This document shows, piece after piece, positions 40,283-56,800 of a stretch of DNA of 64,000 bases. Position 1 is the stretch's first letter; each line of letters starts with the position of its first letter. The notes beneath the pieces are model-generated. The model worked only from the letters and a program-made list of their open reading frames with translations. It ran no database searches and was not told the origin of the DNA. The stretch is from the NCBI RefSeq assembly GCF_009914755.1, contig NC_060925.1; one strand, given 5' to 3'. The DNA is from the human T2T-CHM13v2.0 reference genome, Homo sapiens. The position numbers and the translations under genes are program-made.

Positions 40283-41368
40283 TTAATTTGGTTAACTTTA
40301 TTCCAACTTAATGTAAATTAGTTTTAAAACAGTTTATAAAATTCTTAAATGAACCTGGCAAATTTAGAGCAATAATAAAATTATTTAAATTAGAAAAGTC
40401 TTTTTTAAAAAGGATAAATAACAAATGTCTCATTGGAATTATTAAAGTTGTTTCAAGTTCAGCTCTGAGGTTCTTAGAAACTAAAGTAAAAAAGTATGAC
40501 CAGTTTCTGAAGTCAAGATAAAATCATACAATCTTTAACTTAGAAAATTATCTTCTGTGTTGTGTCCTAAGCATAAACAAATGTAAGGACTTGCCCTGAC
40601 ACTCTGTAAGTAGTTCCACTCCAATACGCCCTGCAGAAATATTTCCTGGCAAGAACAGCAAGTCAGAAGCCTTTTCAGCATGGCAAGGAGGGAGAGAGAC
40701 TATGCTATTAAAAAAAAAAAAAAAAGATGAGGAGGAACAATAGTACCTTAGACAAGTGAGAAGTTTCAAAAGAGACATATAAGGAGAGCAGTTGCAATTA
40801 TAAGGAGCAAAATATGGAATGATGAAAAAAGATACTTTAAAGAAAGTTTTCCTCAGTACTTTGCAATGCGCTTGCCACCTTCTGAAGAAAGCTGGCTCCT
40901 TCTGGAACCTTAGGGTATTTCGACTCATGCTTTGGAATGGGGTGACCAGCTACATCAAGCTAACTTAAATTCAAATTTGTGTTCATAGGATAAGAATAAT
41001 TGGGTTAAATAAAATTCACTTTTAACCTAAAATGTCATTCATTAGTTTTGACCAACTTTCCTTACCACTGGCCACTTGGTCCTTGTCTTGTTTGACCAGG
41101 GTTGTCAAACAAGGTTTGTTGTTTCCTTCTTTGAAGGAAAGAGTCAGTGTTTCTTCCATTCCAATGCATCCACTTGAGGAATTTTTAATAAAATGGGCAA
41201 TGAATGGGCAGCAGAAGAAGTTACAGGCCTGCTGATCAAATGCTAAGTAATAAACCCTGGAAATTCTAAACTCGTTTACATGAAGACCTTGCTTATTTTG
41301 TAACTATTATGTATTATCAAATGTATACTTAATTCTTTGAATGTGTTAGTATGTGTTCAAAGTACACC

Positions 41369-41375
<7 letters not shown>

Positions 41376-41410
<35 letters not shown>
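41376..41410. repeat. (TA)n microsatellite
   Basis: Perfect TA run. Confidence 0.95.
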
Positions 41411-41413
<3 letters not shown>

Positions 41414-41529
41414 AATTACATAAAATAAATAAGCCACTAAAAATTTTTAAACATTTTCTTATATTTCCTTTCAGTATTTTTAGGTGCATGCATCTGTACT
41501 TGGTAATATTGCTGAATGCATGTTTGCAT

Positions 41530-41820
41530 TGACAAAGCCTCTCCCCTTGCCCAAACTCTAGTTGGGATCCTCTAAGCCACCTCTCAGCCTCAGCTTTCAG
41601 TGTTCATCCTAGTCTGGCCCACATCTCTCAGGTTTAGGAAGAAACTTGCAAAGAATCCCCCACTCTCAGTACTGATCACCTTTGATATCTGATCAAATTT
41701 GTTATCTCCCACCACCCTCCAGATGATTTCTGATCGGTCTGGCCTGCCTTCAGTAAGAATCCTGTTCGATCTGTTTAACCCAAATCCCCTTTGCCCCTGA
41801 TATTTCCTCTTAGTATCCCC
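41530..41820 (+). mobile_element. MER31/MER67-type ERV1 LTR, 3'-truncated
   Basis: TGACAAAGCCTCTCCCCTTGCCCAAACTCTAGT...GATATCTGATCAAATT...GGCCTGCCTTCAGTAAGAATCCTGTT...CCCCTGATATTTCCTCTTAGTA, then abrupt loss of similarity. Confidence 0.65.
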
Positions 41821-42264
41821 AGTTGAGCCAATTTTCAACCATTAAAAAAATCTTGGACAAAATTAAGTTCAGATAGGTTCCAGAGTGCTTATATTCAGTT
41901 CTTGGCTTTCTGAAGACCTGGCATATCCTCTTTAAATTGCCTCAATACAAGAAAATACAAAATGGAAAGAAGTAGACATTAGAAATTGGAAAAATGGAGA
42001 AATACAGGAATGAACATAAGTTTCTATTTCAAGTAATTAGGTAAATTGTAAGATGTTTATATTTAACTTTTTCTCATTAGCTTTAGCCCCTTGAATCTTT
42101 GAGAACATGTTATTACTATAGTTATCGAATGTTATATTTTTTATTTTAACGTAGAATGGTATTTTCACTCAAATCTCTTGAAACATATATTTATAGTCAA
42201 TAGTTAAATTTTATTTAATATCAATTGTTCCTTTTTATTAGTATTTTCTTAAAAAAATAATATT

Positions 42265-42569
42265 GGCCCAGCGCAGTGGTTCACACCTGTAATCCCAGCA
42301 CTTTGGGAGGCTAAGGTGGGCAGATCACTTGAGGTCGGGAGTTGGAGACCAGCCTGAGCAACTTGGAGACAACCTTTCTCTACTAAAAATACAAAAATTA
42401 GCCGGACGTGGTGGTGCATGCCTGTAATCCCAGCTACTCAGGAGGCTTGAGGCAAGAGAATTGCTTGAACCTGGGAGGTAGAGGTTGCAGTGAGCCGAGA
42501 TCGCACCACCGCACTCTAGCCTGGGTGACAGAGCGAGACTCCATCTCAAAAAAAAAGAAAGAAAGAAAA
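42265..42569 (+). mobile_element. Alu (AluS-type)
   Basis: Full-length Alu with A-rich tail. Confidence 0.95.
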
Positions 42570-43560
42570 TGCCAGACATTTATTGAAGGGCTGGAATGGT
42601 ATAGTGAAGTGTTCTGAGTCAGTTGGGCTCTGATTGATAAAGAGCTTGGCATGTTTGAAGGACAGCAAGGAAGCCAGAATAGCTGGAGCATAGCAGCAGG
42701 GAGACAAGTGCCACAAGATGAGCTGGAGAAAGGCACTGGGAAAGGTTTGTCTTTTAAGTGCTCTGAGAAGCAATTGAAGATTTGAAATAGAATAGTGACT
42801 TGCTTGATCACATTTGTACTTTTGAAAAGTTCCTCTGGCTGCTGTGGGGAAAGGCTTGAGTAGATGCAGGGTGGGAGAAGCATAACCAGCAGTAGACTCT
42901 TGTAGCAGGTTAGGTGAGAGATGGTGGTGGCCACGAGTGGGCTGCTAGTGGTGGAAGTGACAAGAAGCAGAAGGATCGGAGACAAAACTTGAAGATAAAA
43001 AGTCTTGAATTTGCTGATGATTTGCATTGACGAGGTGTTGGGGGAGAGGACTGAAGGAGCAGAGGAGAGTGACAAGGGACTGGATGCCATTTATAAGGAT
43101 GGGGAAGACTGGGATGAAACCGGTTAAGGGAGAAATTTTAACCATGGCAAAATTAAGAGGGGTTTTATGTGAGAAAATGGAAATGCTAAGGAGGAAGTTG
43201 AAAATCCTGCTAATTTGGAGATCTTTGATTAAAACTAGAAATAAGAATGTGGGAAGCATCAACTTGCAAGATGCCCTCATTGTAGATAACACCATTTAGG
43301 ATCTAGGCTCAAGCCCTGGGAAACTCCAGGGCTTTGGAAGTCAAATAGAGGAAGAACACGTACAGGAGATGAAGAAAGATTAGCGAGGAAGTCAGTGAAT
43401 TATCCACAGGTGGGCTGCTGCCAAATCCAGCAGAACAGTATGCCAGATGTTAGGAGCATGAGTAAAATGAGAAAAGAGAAATGGCTTTTGACAACACTTC
43501 CCTACTAATAGTAGGGAAGAAGACATAGGTACAGATTCAAGTTGATTTGAAATTATGAAA
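42570..43560 (-). mobile_element. LINE-2 fragment
   Basis: Purine-rich L2-type text (AGAGCTTGGCATGTTTGAAGGACAGCAAGGAAGCCAG, CTCTGGCTGCTGTG, GAATTTGCTGATGATTTG); boundaries approximate. Confidence 0.65.
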
Positions 43561-44915
43561 GTGAGGTAATTGACCTGCAGTGGTTGCTGCTCAGTGAAAT
43601 CAGCATAGTGATTACCTGAGCTAGGTTAGAGATTTGATGGGTAAGAAAGAACACCTGAGGGTAATCCTGGAGGGGGAAAAAAATAAAGTGTTTGCTGGAG
43701 AGAATGAGTTGGATTGCTGGACTTCAATGTGTGTGGGTTGAGTTTGTGACTTAAAAATGAAACCAGTCTATTGCTTGTGTGGCTTTTCCAAAATACCGTT
43801 ATTCCGTTACCTATCTCTTACCCCAAGAGTAGTCACATTCTTATTTCTGGTTATTTTAATTCCTGGTGGTATTTTTATGTGATTAATGAGATAGTACTTG
43901 TTAATTTGATGATATTCTAGAAACCTGGTAAGTACTATGTACCTTGTCTTAAGTTTTGGTTACTTGATTGGTAAAATTATGCATGCACCATTGAATTACC
44001 TAATTCAAAATATATCCTTTTATTGTTTGACATTTGTCTTGTTTTTCTTTAAAATGTTACCTTTGTGGAGTAAACATTTTTCTTTATGCTGTTTAGCATC
44101 TTCAGATTAGTTCAGGGTATTGCTGAATGTGGTTGTTTGGAAGTAAAATGCTTTAGTTTTAGTTATATAGATTTTAATAAGATACTACTTTCTATATAAT
44201 TTATCAGGTACTTTAGGCATTTTAATTTGCAAATTTAGGACAATTTGCTTTAACGTTTCTTCACTTTTGTCCATTGGATGTAATTTCCATAAAGTATTCA
44301 TTTCCCTGAGTAAAAACCGAAACCAAACCGGCAACTAATGGTCACTGAAGAAAGAGTGATTAAATGCTAAGATTATAATGGTATTTGCATTTTAATGTTA
44401 CCAGCTCTCTACAGTGTAAAGTTTATGCATTTATCTATTGCTTATGTTTCTCATTGCATTCTTTGGCCTACTGGTTTTGGTTGTTTATAGCTATAGAATA
44501 TAGAATTCCTTATGGTTATCCATTTCTCCTTTTAAGTAGAGTGATAGTTGTTAGAAGAAAAATAACCCCCCAATACTTTCTTCTAGTGTTAATTCTTAAA
44601 GTGTGATTGACTTTTATTTACTTTTTGGTGCAGTAATTGCAGTTCATGAGTCAATGTTGATGTCATATAAACCTTAATTTTTAATGTTTCATTGTAGTGA
44701 TGTCTCTGTAGCAGCAAACATTTAAGTTATTTGTTATACTTAAATGTTTAAATCACTGTTAGTGATTAGCTTATTTTGCCTTCCTTGAAGCAATTTGTCC
44801 TAAATTTCCATATGTTTGCATTTGTTTTTGCTGTTCTAAAATTCCTTAGTTGCTGGCTTTGACCTTTTATGTTGCTGAGTTTTACACATCTATTTTCTCA
44901 ACTGCCATATCCTAG

Positions 44916-45035
44916 GAGGCTTGGAGTACCCATAATACAGTGAGCCCACCTTCCTGGTCCCCAGACATTTCAGGAGGTCGGGAAATTTTTAAACCCAGGC
45001 AGCTTCCTGGCAGTGCCATTTGGAGCATCAAAGTG
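44916..45035 (+). pseudogene. KMT2C-like exon 15 (120 bp)
   Basis: cctag|GAG...AAAGTG|gtaaa; EAWSTHNTVSPPSWSPDISGGREIFKPRQLPGSAIWSIKV. Confidence 0.93.
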
Positions 45036-45940
45036 GTAAATAAAATTGCATTTACATTCATATATCATTTCTGTCTGATTTGTTTTGCCCTACTGGGTGT
45101 AAAGAATTAAATCTTTCTTTTCTAGATTGAGCTTCCAGAAACACTTTTTAAATCTAAAAATTTTAATGTAAAGAAATAATATGCTTGCATTTAAAAATCA
45201 ATATACATTTTTAATACCTCTTTTTATGGTTAATTCCTTTTGTTGTGATTACTACCGGTTTTATGAGGGAGAAGTCCTTGACATGTAGACCAAAAGGTAA
45301 TTAAGGACCTTTTCATTCATGATATCATAAAACTTTGTTGCTTAGAAAAAAGCAAAAGAAAAAACTCCATTAATTTATTATGTTCTTATGGAGAAGAAAT
45401 ACCAAAATTGTGGCAGATTTCATTGTCTGTTTAATACCTTAAAATGACAAGGCTTTTTTCCCCATGACATTGGTTGATGGCTGTGCCAGTCCTTGAAGTG
45501 AGTTAAGTAGTGTGATGCATTTTGAAGAGAAAAAAATTAATTTGAAAAAGTATTAACTCAAAAGTTAAAATACTTCATTGACTGGAGATGACAGTTTTTC
45601 TTCATATTCTATATTTAATATTCTGGAATATGGCTGTTTAATTCAGACTAATCAAGGATTTTAAGGAATTCTAGATTATACTTTATTTTCTTTCATGACT
45701 GGAAGAACTATTTTTTTTTAACCTCCCTACCTCCCCCTGATATCATCCAAGATATTGAGGTATAAATATACCTCATTTGACAGTTTGATAATATAGACCA
45801 CCAATTTTTACTTACCTTTTTTCTGGGTCAGCATTTCATGTTTGAGAAAATAAATTGAGAGATTACTGTAGTCTTGATTTTTAATCACTGACTTAATTTT
45901 TCAAAAATCTTTTATACCAGTTTAATAACAAAACAAACTC

Positions 45941-46304
<364 letters not shown>

Positions 46305-46869
46305 TCAAAAGGGATCTCAAGGAGAGCAGGGTAAGAGAAGACAGGAGTGGCAGTTTGAAACTGGGAGCTGGCTGTATTTATTACATCCAAAGGGAAAAAA
46401 GCCATTCCTCCCATTCCTTTTGTTCATGTGTTTCTATTTTATGCTTACAGTATCATCATAAATTTTTGACTTGGAAACCATTCTGCTAAATAGGGAATCA
46501 GTTTATTTCAAACTATGATAAGGGACATCAGTTGAAGATATGACATATTATTTAACTTATGGTGAGGGAAACACCTAAGTATTTTCCTGAGCATCTGGAT
46601 AATTTTAAATACACATAATTCATCTACTTAGGTAGGTGCCAGGTTTTTTCAAGGAGTAATTAATTAGTACGAACAAGGGTGAGGGGGCAGGGAACACCAT
46701 ACTCTGGTACTTAATGTCTGAAATTATCAGGGAATTTAACACATTTTCCCATAGGTTTATTTCTTGTGTAAGAAGTCAGATAAATTATTTCCATTTCAAG
46801 TATTTATTATTCAGATTATTTAAAGCAAAGCTTTCACAAAGCCTTTTGTCAGCTTTCCTGTAATCCTCA

Positions 46870-47172
<303 letters not shown>

Positions 47173-47199
47173 CTAGCAAAAATAAACTTTCATGCTGAT

Positions 47200-47405
47200 G
47201 TAGCAGTACAGAATATGCTTCCAACCCAGGGACGCTGGAGCCAGGCTTGCTAGCTAAGCGACCTTGGACAAGTTACTTAACCATTTTATTCCTCAGCACA
47301 CTCATCTCAAACGAGGATAATAAAACCTACTATATGGGATTGTTGAGAGTAAAAAATACTTAGATTAGTACATAGTAAGTACTCAATAGATGTTAGCTAT
47401 TACTG
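47200..47405 (+). mobile_element. MIR
   Basis: GACCTTGGACAAGTTACTTAACC...CCTCAG...CTCATCT...GGATAATAA...GGATTGTTGAGAG...AGTACTCAATA. Confidence 0.8.
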
Positions 47406-47802
47406 TAATCACCGCGAGACCAGTTAATGAGAGAGTTCTTCCTTATCCTTACTCTATATTGAATACAATTTGTTGCACTTCGAAATATCTGGATAAGGCT
47501 ATAGTTGTTGTCGTCACCGAGAATGTAGGAGTGGCAAAGAGAAAAATCATGCAAAGGCTTGCTGATAGCGTTCACAGTGACAGCCCGAAAGTATGATTCT
47601 AAGGTTGTAAGCATTTTATATTTAGAATTTTAAGTTGTGGAATATACTTTTAAAGATAAAAATAATAAGCCAGGTCTCTTAATACTTATCTAAAGAAGTG
47701 TTTGTATAACATTTAATAAAATGTTTTATCTCAGTGGCATTTGGATTTAAAAATTATTTTGGGCTGTCACAGAATGTTGACTTTTCCTAATCTGTTACAT
47801 AG

Positions 47803-47919
47803 GGCCATGGGTCTGGATTTCCAGGAAAGCGGAGACCTCGAGGTGCAGGACTGTCGGGGCGAGGTGGCCGAGGCAGGTCAAAGCTGAAAAGTGGAATCGG
47901 AGCTGTTGTATTGCCTGGG
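47803..47919 (+). pseudogene. KMT2C-like exon 16 (117 bp)
   Basis: catag|GGC...CCTGGG|gtgagg; GHGSGFPGKRRPRGAGLSGRGGRGRSKLKSGIGAVVLPG. Confidence 0.93.
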
Positions 47920-48830
47920 GTGAGGCTTGCTTCATGTATATTTTCTCTAATCTAAATGTCAGTTAATGATGAAAATCTCATAGCAAGTTATTTTGAACTT
48001 AAAAATCATATAAATAGGTCAAAATGTTTATTTTACTGTCCTACTTTGCTTTTTTTTTTTTTTTGAGCCTCTGGTTACGTTTTCTTGTATATTTACTTTC
48101 TCATCCTTTCTCTTTTCTTACCTTCCTCTTTGACTCCTTATCTTTCTATGCCAACCCTCTCTAAAAAGTCAGTATGTAATATAGTTGCTCTTTTATTTAA
48201 AAAATTTTAAGATTGATATTTGCTTACTATCATGTTACGAGGCTTTATTTATATGTGTATTACAAATATATTTGTTAACTACTAGCAAATATTTTATGTA
48301 ATAACTTCGCTATTTTATTAAAATCCTGTTTTTAAAATTCTGAAATGTCATTTTAAGTATAGGAGACAGGTGAAATTGTTCAAGTTTACTACTAAACCAG
48401 GAATAAGGAAGCTTAGATTCTTGTCCTTTTTTCAAAAAGAAAAATTTTAAAACCAGGCTTATTGAGGTATAGTTGATATAAGCTATATTTGACATGTACA
48501 ATTCCATAAGCTTTGATATATACATATACACCCTTGAAAACGATACCACAATCATGATAGTGAATATATTCATCTCCCAACGTTTCTTCATGTCCCTCTG
48601 TAATTTTCTGCATTCCCCCTGCCATCCGTCCTTGTCCCCAAGATTAGTTTGCATTTTCTAGAGTTGTATATAAGTGGAATCATACAGAACTGTGTGCTTT
48701 TTGGACTGATTTATTTCAGCACAATTATTTGGAGATTAATCTATGCTGTTGTACTTGTTAACAGTGTACTTCCTTTTCTTGCTGAATATTAATAAAACTG
48801 TGGATGCACCACGGTTGTAGACCTGTGCAC

Positions 48831-49147
<317 letters not shown>

Positions 49148-49324
49148 TAATGTCTTCATCTGGTTTTGGTATCAGCATAACTCCAGCTTCATAGAATGAA
49201 TCAGAAAGTATATTCTCATCTTCAGTTTTCTGGAAAAGTTGTGTAGTAGTGGAAATGTATCTTCTTATATTATACATGAATTTATTAGTGAAACCATCTT
49301 GGCCTGAAATTTTCTTTGTGGGGG

Positions 49325-49901
<577 letters not shown>

Positions 49902-51576
49902 TGTGGGACAGTTTTTAACAACAAATTTTATTTCTTTAATAGGTACCTATTTAGGTTATCTGTCTCTCCTTGCATAAATTTGCACCTTTCAAGAAATTTG
50001 TTCATTTTGTCTATCTTGACAAATTAAAGGAATGGAGTTGATCATAATGTTTCTTATTATTTTAATACCTGTAGAATCTGTAGTGATTTCACCTTCCTCA
50101 TTCTTGATACTAATAATTTGTATCTTGTCTTATTTTTTTCCTGATCAGTCTGGCTAGAGATTTATCAATCTTATTGATCTTCTTGAGTCAGCCTTTGTTT
50201 TCATGGACTTTTCTCTATTTTCTTTCCCCTTTCTGTTTTATTGATTTATATTCTCATCTTTATTTTTTCCTATCTTCTCACTTTGAGTTTAGTTTGATCT
50301 TCTTTTTTTGTTTACTCTTACGTGTCCCTGCTTGGAAGGGACACTTGTGAAGTTTAGGTCAGAGCTTTCTATTCTCCTTGGCTTATATCTGTGGTCTAGG
50401 AAAATGAAATTTCTATCACCTTCTGGATAAATCACACTATTATCTATGCAGGCAACAATAGCACATATTTTCTCAAAGATTACCTTTGCCCTCAAGTTAG
50501 GTTTTATTTTTCTAGCAGTCTAAAGGTCATGAAATAAATTATAAAATAAAAACAGTGGGTCTTCAAGCTAGAGGATACTGTTTTCTTTCTTGCATGGACA
50601 ATTATTTTAAAATATTTTGGTTTTTCTGCACTTATTATTTAAATATGACTCCCCACCCCCACTTGAATCTAGGGACATTGTAGTTTTCTACTGCAGACTT
50701 TGTTTCTGGTTTATACTGGGAATATATTGTTTATCATTTTCAGTGAAAGCATCCACTGGTTAAATTTCCTTTTAAAAATAATAATGGATCTTTACAATTT
50801 CTTTGAGCTGCTCAGTGTGTATAATGTGTTGAATTTTCTGTTAGTGGTTGGGAGGTAGAAATAGATACTTTATCTCTATTTTAGCCATTTCCATAATTAT
50901 ATATCTCAATAACCTTGTCAATGCATCATTAGTCCTATGACTGAATTAATGATTACTTTTAGTAGTCACTTAGTTTCTTACTGGTGATGATGATTCTACT
51001 TTTGTGAATCATCTTGGATGATTCTCTAAAATCTTAGAAAGCTAATTTTGTTAATGCTATGCATACAACACATCAATACATTTTCTCTATTAAAAAAATT
51101 AAAGCGTTATAGGTAGATCAGAATTTACCATTACTAACTCCTCAAGTCCTCCTTATTTCCCTGTTACCAGTTTGGTATATTTATATATTAGGTTGATCCA
51201 TATGAAATTGCCAATATTATTTCTGAACTGATGAAAAGCAGCAATTTCTTATGATTCAACCTATTATATGTGCCCATAGACTACATATAATGACTTTGCA
51301 TGTTTTTATATTATAGTGCTATACCTCAAATACTGTTCTGCAATTTATTTTTTCATCAACAACGTCTTTTGATAATTTCTTTCATGGCAGTCTATACAAG
51401 TTTCTACCTCCCTACTTTTAAAATGTTGCGTAATTTTCTAATGTTTGGATTTGTCATGGCTTTACTTACTCCCTAATGATGAATATTGGCATTATTAACA
51501 CTTGTAGTCATTAGGGTTCATATGAATATAAATTGCTCTTATAAAGCATTAGTACTATCCATTAAAACTGCTTTTA

Positions 51577-51888
51577 GGCTGGGCACGGTGGCTCATGCCT
51601 GTAATCCCAGCACTTCGGGAGGCCGAGGTGGGTGGATCGTGAGGTCTGGAGATCGAGACCATCCTGGCTAACATGGTGAAGCCCCATCTCTACTAAAAAT
51701 ACAAAAAATTAGCTGGGCATGGTGGCAGGCGCCTGTAGTCCCAGCTACTCGGGAGGCTGAGGCAGGAGAATGCCGTGAAGACAGAGCTTGCAGTGAGCTG
51801 AGATTGTGCCACTGCACTCCAGCCTGGGTGACATAGCGAGACTCCATCTCAAAAACAAACAAACAAAAAAACAAACAAACAAAAAAAA
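51577..51888 (+). mobile_element. Alu (AluY-like) with TSD
   Basis: GAGATCGAGACCATCCTGGCTAACA diagnostic; TSD AAAACTGCTTTTA at 51564-51576 and 51885-51897. Confidence 0.95.
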
Positions 51889-51971
51889 CTGCTTTTAAAT
51901 GTATTTGTATTGAAAAATACTGAGATATAGTCCTTCTATTTAGTTAACCAACCAACCTTCCTTCCTTCCTC

Positions 51972-52305
<334 letters not shown>

Positions 52306-52696
52306 TAATTCAGTCGTTTTATGTTTTGACCTTGAACATAACCTGTTGTGTTTCAACTCTGTCTTTCCAGGCTTCGGTTGTAAGCTTTTTAAAGAAAGAG
52401 GATTGTATTTTATGATTTTGGCAGTGCCCTCCTTGTCTTCTTCTACAACTTCTAGTTCAGAGCTTTATTTTGTTTCATATCACTCTAGAAATTATTAACA
52501 AACCAGTGGCTACTTAGTTGATTTAGTCAAATAGAACTAAGTCCAGACTGAACAATATTGGTTGATAATCATTTGGCTGATACTGAAATTTGGATGTTAT
52601 TCAAAATAATATTCTAAAGCGGTGCTAATAGAAATATAATGAGAACCACATATGCAATTTAAAACTTCCTAGTAGCCACATTAAAAAGTTACAGTG

Positions 52697-53003
<307 letters not shown>

Positions 53004-53451
53004 CTAAAATATTACCATTTCAACATGTAATATGTAATTATGTGCTGTATTTTATGTTTGCAGGACATCTCAGTTCAGACTAACTACATTGCAGATCCCA
53101 AGTGTGTGTCATTAAAATAGTGATAGATTTGTGGTGTACATACCTATAATATTATCATTTATAGTTTCTTGATTAGAATTCTGCATAATCAAGTCTTACT
53201 AAGACAGGTTTATTATATTTTCTCATTACCTCTTGGTCTAAAGGAATTCTACCTCTAAAGAGAGAATGAGTTGAATAATAAAATGTCATGACTCCATTTT
53301 GCTGTAGTATCTTAGCATTAATATTTGGAATTGTTATTCTAGACCTTAGCAAAAATATATGTTTTGATTATGAATTTTCTGAAGCTTTCCAGTTAAGTGT
53401 AAAACAAGTGAAAAATATAACTTCGTATTTTGTGTATTTTGCTTTTTATAG

Positions 53452-53553
53452 GTGTCTACTGCAGATATTTCATCAAATAAGGATGATGAAGAAAACTCTG
53501 TGCTCGATATGGTTGTGTTGTTTTCTAGCAGTGACAAATTCACTTTGAATCAG
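53452..53553 (+). pseudogene. KMT2C-like exon 17 (102 bp)
   Basis: tatag|GTG...AATCAG|gtttga; VSTADISSNKDDEENSVLDMVVLFSSSDKFTLNQ. Confidence 0.93.
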
Positions 53554-53745
53554 GTTTGAACTTGACAATTTACTGTCTTCCTCATTGAATTCCTCCTTGC
53601 ACATTTCTGCTTTATCTCATATACACAGAAGTGATCCAATATTTAGCTATAGAGCTATATTAGTTAAGAAGGTATTTTTAAAGTAAAATTTGTAGGTTTT
53701 TAGCTTAGTCTCCATTTAAAATATGTTCTGTTTTCTTAACTTCAG

Positions 53746-53850
53746 GATACATGTGTAGTTTGTGGCAGTTTTGGCCAAGGAGCAGAAGGAAGATTACTTG
53801 CCTGTTCTCAGTGTGGTCAGTGTTACCATCCATACTGTGTCAGTATTAAG
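53746..53850 (+). pseudogene. KMT2C-like exon 18 (105 bp), PHD finger
   Basis: ttcag|GAT...ATTAAG|gtaaac; DTCVVCGSFGQGAEGRLLACSQCGQCYHPYCVSIK. Confidence 0.95.
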
Positions 53851-56800
53851 GTAAACATCCTTAAACTGAGTTAACAAATATGTATTGAATTTTTATTTGG
53901 TTTTAGTAGTAACATGAGCTCCCAGTTCTCACAATTAAGTATTATGATTATTAAACATATGTGACAGTATTTAAGTACTTTAAATACTGCTTTTAAGGGT
54001 TTCCTATCTCAAGAAATTTGCTCCTCTATAAATCTTATATTGTACTAATATCCTGCTTTTGTCTTGAAAAAGTAAAACATAAAAATATATGCATTTAATT
54101 TAAAAGACAATTTATACTATTCACAAAGATTTTAGGTTTAGCTGATTCATTTTGTCTGTTGACTTATAAAGCTGAGAACTGGAGTATTTAGTAAAAAATT
54201 ATTATCCCATTCTGTTCTTTCCCACATTCTGTCTCCTCTGTGCTCACTCATATACAAAATGACATTTTCTCCTTATAGCCAAAAGAAAGAAAACAAGTGT
54301 CATATTTAATGCAATCGGTAATAATCGAGAGTCAGCACTGCTCACTTTCAAGCATTTCAGGATAGAGGCTTTCTGGGGAACCTTTTAAGTGGTATCGTGT
54401 GCTTGGTTTTAAATATGGACAGGTCTCAATACTTCACTAGTTGTATCTAAGGTTCTTGGTTTTTTCTTTTTAAGAACTCAGTCTTAATAAAACTTACATA
54501 TTTGAATAAAGTGTCATGGCCACTGGAAGCAAGCATGGAGGTATAGCTGTACAGCAGAGGTCTTAAACTGTATACTCCACAAGGAAATCTTTTCTAGTAT
54601 TGCCATACCATGTAATATAAATACTAACCTCAGTTTCAATAATAGGTTGTGAACCATGAGTGATTTTTATGCCATTCTCCCCTGCCCTTCAGACATCACT
54701 GTGTTATATCATTGTCAGTAAAATGTCAGTATAGTAAGCAAATCAACATTATCTCCTTCAGAATTCTTTGTTGATAACTACACTAGTATTTATTTTATAG
54801 GGTAATACAGGTTTTTGTGAATTTAGGAATCAAAATGAAAGATTGTAATTAATACTATCCAAAATAGAAGACTAGTACGGTTAATTTCTGTAGTTTTTTA
54901 AAATTAGTTGCTCATGCTATGTGACTGAAAAACACAGAGTATATAAAGCCAATTAAAAATGGAGTTATATATGCATAAAACATGTTTCTTTTCTTCTTTG
55001 TACTTTATATTCTGTATAAAAGTAGCTGCTATCATTAGATTTTGTTTTTTAGAATGCTTAATGTTTTGGACCTAAGGAAATTGAATAAGATCCCTTTCAA
55101 GATAGTAATGTATTTCTTTTAACCCATCCAACAATTACCGAATTCCCATTTTACAGATGAGTACGACTTACATAAGTTAAGATTGGACAATTAGTGCACT
55201 ATCAGACACCTAGTTATTCCTGTTTTTAAAAATTATGTGTGGTTCCTTTTACATGACACTGTTTTGGACAGTATAGAATACTGCAGTCTCATTGAGAAAT
55301 ACAGCAGTATCTAGAAATATACTAGGGATATATGAATTGGCTCAGCTTGCATTTTTATTGCAGGAGGCAATTGTTTGTGGATAAGTTTGATACCTTTGAA
55401 GCTTCTTTTTAAGCTTGCTGGGGCAAGTCTAGAAAGCCTTCACTCTAAGGTGGATATTTTCAAACTTTATGGTTTTAGAACCTTAACACTCTTTAAAATT
55501 ACTGGGGACGCCATAGTTTTTGTTCATGAGGATTTTAACTATGGACTATTCAGCATTTTAGAAATTAAAACTAGGAACATTTTGTAACACAAGACTACAG
55601 AAGCACAACCTGTACAATGTCAATGTAATATTATGATACAACATGTAGCTTCTATAAACACCACTGTATAATTGTGAATAAATTAAAGTGAAAAAAGGCA
55701 AATTAAATCTTAGTATTATTTAAACTTGTTTTAACTTTACAGACCCACTGGGGTTCCCTAGTCCACATTTTGGTAGCTGCAGTCCTAGCATTAGTTTAAC
55801 CCTATACTTAAGACTTGGCCTTTCTGGGATCACTACTGAATTCTACCCCCTGTTCACCAGTGTCTTTGTACTCTGACTGGTTGTGCTTCACTTGTCTTTG
55901 AGCCTTTTGCAAGCTCTGGTAATTGTGCAGTTTACACATTCCCAGTAGATGTACTTTCCCCTGGTTGTGGGTCTTTGGGCTTCTAGAAGTACGGCTTGGT
56001 GTTCCACCAAAGACTTCAGGGGATCCTTTGTAGATTTCTGGAGCTCTTAGTCCTTATTGCTTCTTCATTTTGAGTACTGTGTCCTGCAAATTCCACTGCC
56101 TCGCCTCCCCTAACCTCAGCGAGGCCATTGATTGTACTCTGCTGAGGTTCTCCCTCCCTGGGCAGCATTCTGGAAAATGTTTCTAGGCAGAATATCATAG
56201 GACTCCCTGAGTGTTTCCTTCCTCTCAGAGACCACTGTCTCCTTTACTATGTGTTGTCCAATATCTGAAAACAGTTGTTTCATACACTTTGTCCAATTTT
56301 CTACTATCTTATGGGAAAACAGGCTGGTCCCATATACTCCATTATCGTTGAAGCATGTATCCGTATTAGATTATAAAACATATCTGTAACAACTTTGGAC
56401 ATGGTACCATGGATGGAATCCTGGATGACATCTTATTTGAAAAAACTTTTAAAACTAAGGCTAAACTGGTTCAATGGAAGAAAAAAATGATAGTACAACC
56501 CCAGTACCTAAGTTAAAAGGAAATTTCAAAGACAGAGAAATTGTTGAAGTGTTGAAGTACTAGAAGTCAAGAAACACAAACACTAATGTTTCCATTAGAT
56601 TTGAGAATAAGAAGGTCTTGACAAGCCTGGCTTAAGCAGTTATGAGTGGATGTGGGTGTAGAGACCAGACTGTAGTGTTTTGAAGAGTGAATATAAGCGG
56701 AGAAACTTGAGAGTTTGGTTGTAAAAGGGACCACAGGTATCTGTGAAGAAAACTTAGTAGGAATGAAGATAAATATTTTAAAAATTCTGCCACTAAACAC

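Noticed and set aside
42434-43299. 218-aa and 116-aa ORFs
   Set aside because: They span L2 and Alu remnants; chance ORFs.
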